Source of the DNA: Eledone cirrhosa
Lineage: Eukaryota
Direction: 5' to 3'
NCBI GenBank assembly: GCA_964016885.1
Contig: OZ024742.1
Coordinates: 234,112,001 to 234,176,000 of the forward strand
DNA length: 64,000 nt
Shown here: piece by piece, positions 61,738 to 64,000 of the stretch
How the letters are laid out: each line of letters opens with the position of its first letter
Numbering within the stretch: position 1 is the first letter of the stretch
Notes under the pieces: model-generated
Told to the model about the DNA's origin: nothing
The model's database searches: none
What the model saw: the letters and a program-made list of their open reading frames with translations, nothing else
Position numbers and translations under genes: made by a program

Positions 61738-62815
61738 ACTGTGTTATTAATTTTAATGCTGAAATATTTTATTGTGGCATTTTCTGTTCCCATATTTGTC
61801 TTTTAGAAATTATAAATGCCTATCGAAAAATTTCATGAAGTGTATAGCAATTTTATTTATATTTTTGGGTAACTTGAATGTCAGTTTTACTTAAATATAT
61901 ATTTTTTAAACTTGGCGCCATTGAAATCACATATTTTCGAGCAGAAATTTCTCGTACCGTTTTTATCATAGATCTACATTTCTGCGGATTAAATCTCCCG
62001 TTTGTTTACCCATAATCAATTTGTAATTTGTATATTTATTTGGAACATCGCCAAAGATGTATTTTTATGGTTTAAAGTATGTGTAGCTTGCAAATCTGTA
62101 GCTTCGAAAAGTTTATTATTAAAAGAAAGTATAGGACCGGTTAAATTCATTCAAATTCAATATCATTCTAAAATCATATTAAAATTGTATTTTGTGCTTT
62201 GGAAATCCCAACTCTAAAAGGAATTTATTTTAATTTTATGAATCAAAGTAGAACAATTTATAGTGTTTCTGATTTAAATTAAAAATCAATAAAAAAAAAG
62301 TCGGGAAGATAAAACAAAACACATGCATATTCAATTACAAACACTAAAAATGTTCGAGACAAGCGGGTGGTATCAAAGCAGAGCCTTTGTAATAGCTAAG
62401 AATCTCCGCTAACATCACTCGATACTTCAGTTAATTTGAACCATTAACGATGACAAAACTTTCGTTGTCCTAAGCCCAGTTTTCCTGAACATATCGAATG
62501 TAATTTACCTATAAATTAGGATACATTCGAACATTATTCTGTAAAATTACAAAACAAGCTCTGGTTTCGTTTATCTTTATATACAGGGTGGTCCGAAAGT
62601 CTTGTCACCCCTTAGCAAAAAGTAATAAGAAACAGTTTATGTTCCCATCGCGTACCGTCCTCTTCGGAGGAGTTGGTTTGCCGAATCTTGCAGTGAAGTC
62701 ATGTCGCACATCCTCCATGCTCTTGCTAGAATGCACACGACCATGTGTCCATACACTTGCAAGCAGCCTCACTTCCAAATTGTAGGAGCTCTGAAATAGA
62801 AAATTATATTATTAT

Positions 62816-63326
62816 TCCCGCCGAGGTTAACTTTGCCTTTCATCCTTACGGGGTCGATAAAATAAAGTACCAGCAATGCCCTGGGTATTTGCTGGCCTTG
62901 TGCCAAAAGTAGAAACAATTATTATTATGCGGTGGTGAATTAGCAGTATCGGTAGAGGGTTGGAAGCCATGCTTTGATGCATAGAGTTACGGCCCTTGCC
63001 ATTCTGAGTTCAAATCCCGCCTAGGTTAACTTTGCCTTTCATCCTTACGGGGTCGATAAAATAGAGTACCAGTAATGCACTTGGATAAATGCTGGCCTTG
63101 TGCCAAAAGTAGAAACAATTATTATTATGCGGTGGATTGGCAGTAACGGTAGAGGGTCGGACGCCATGCTATGACGCATAGAGTTACAGCCCTTGCCATT
63201 CTGAGTTCAAATCCCGCTGAGGTTAACTTTGCTTTTCATCCTTATGAGGTCGATAAAATAAAGTACCAGTAATACACTGGGTAATTGCTGGCCTTGTGCC
63301 AAAAGTAGAAACAATTATTATTATTA
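62816..63326 (+). mobile_element. Three head-to-tail SINE A copies (first one 5'-truncated)
   Basis: Units about 62816-62928, 62929-63128 and 63129-63326, each ending GTGCCAAAAGTAGAAACAATTATTATT; A-box-like TGGCAGTA.CGG and B-box GAGTTCAAATCC. Confidence 0.95.
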
Positions 63327-63372
63327 TATATTATAATTAATGATATTATATATTATATTATTAAAACAAAAA

Positions 63373-63666
63373 ATAATTGTTTCTACTTTTGACAGCAATT
63401 ACTCAGTACATTACTGGTACTTTATTTTATCGACCCCGTAAGGATGAAAGGCAAAGTTAATCTCGCCGGAAAATAATTGTTTCTACTTTTGGCACAAGGC
63501 CAGCAATTTTCCAGTGTATTACTGGTACTTTATTTTATCGACCCCCGTAAGGATGAAAGGCAAAGTTAACCTCGGCGGGATTTGAACTCAGAATGGCAAG
63601 GGCCGTATATCTATGCGTCAAAGCATGGCGTCCGACCCTCTACCGATACTGCCAATTCACCGCCCT
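63373..63666 (-). mobile_element. Two minus-strand SINE A copies (one truncated, one full length)
   Basis: Full copy flanked by the 20-bp repeat TAATCTCGCCGGAAAATAAT (63458-63477 and 63671-63690). Confidence 0.95.
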
Positions 63667-63883
63667 AAAATAATCTCGCCGGAAAATAATGAAAGTTAAA
63701 ACAATATGTGACAAGACTTTCGGACCACCCTGTAGAATAACGAAAACACGAGGTTATTTAAACTTAAAACTAGCGCACAATTATGTGAATTCTGGTTTTA
63801 GTTGTGTTTGGGGAAAATAACATTACAAATGCATAAATAACATTATAAATTGCTCGCAATTCGTTCAGAAGAACATTACAAAT

Positions 63884-64000
63884 ATAATTGTTTCTACTTT
63901 TGGCACAAGGCCAGCAATTATCCAGTGTATTACTGGTACTTTATTTTATCGACCCTGTAAGGATGAAAGGTAAAGTTAACCTCGGCTGGATTTGAACTCA
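63884..64000 (-). mobile_element. SINE A copy running off the window end
   Basis: ATAATTGTTTCTACTTTTGGCACAAGGCCAGC..GGATTTGAACTCA. Confidence 0.92.

Larger units (their letters stand above)
62584..63732 (-). mobile_element. Non-autonomous Tc1/mariner-type element with transposase HTH remnant, filled with SINEs
   Basis: Perfect 25-bp TIRs CAGGGTGGTCCGAAAGTCTTGTCAC (62584-62608 and 63708-63732), TA TSD; minus-strand YNLEVRLLASVW..MEDVRHDFTARFGKPTPPKRTV at about 62650-62790. Confidence 0.9.

Noticed and set aside
62816-63326. CRISPR-like or tRNA gene array
   Set aside because: Units are about 200-bp SINEs without unique spacers; A/B boxes are present but there is no cloverleaf

Overview
AT-rich animal genomic DNA; the repeat families look cephalopod/Octopus-like (inference). 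One clear host gene is present on the + strand: an egghead/bre-3-like GT2 beta-1,4-mannosyltransferase, CDS join(47573..47609,48093..49555), about 499 aa including a small upstream coding exon that the ORF track misses. The rest is mostly transposon debris: two degraded copies of one Ty3/Gypsy family (the second has TG..CA ends, a PPT and a 5-bp TSD and sits inside a mariner), many RTE LINE pieces (one with an open RT frame), a CR1 LINE, restriction-like-endonuclease LINE relics of CRE and HERO type, mariners, TTAA piggyBac-type MITEs, Helitron-like elements, a long-TIR foldback element and several tRNA-derived SINE families. The most interesting non-coding signals are three type I hammerhead-ribozyme folds at 5.6-7.9 kb (best at 7830-7904), a tandem-plus-inverted SINE array inside a mariner-type element at 62.6-63.7 kb, and CpG-retaining stretches with splice donors that probably mark promoters. 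No CRISPR, rRNA or true tRNA gene was seen, and I cannot claim a wholly new system. Repeat boundaries are approximate unless a TSD or TIR is quoted.
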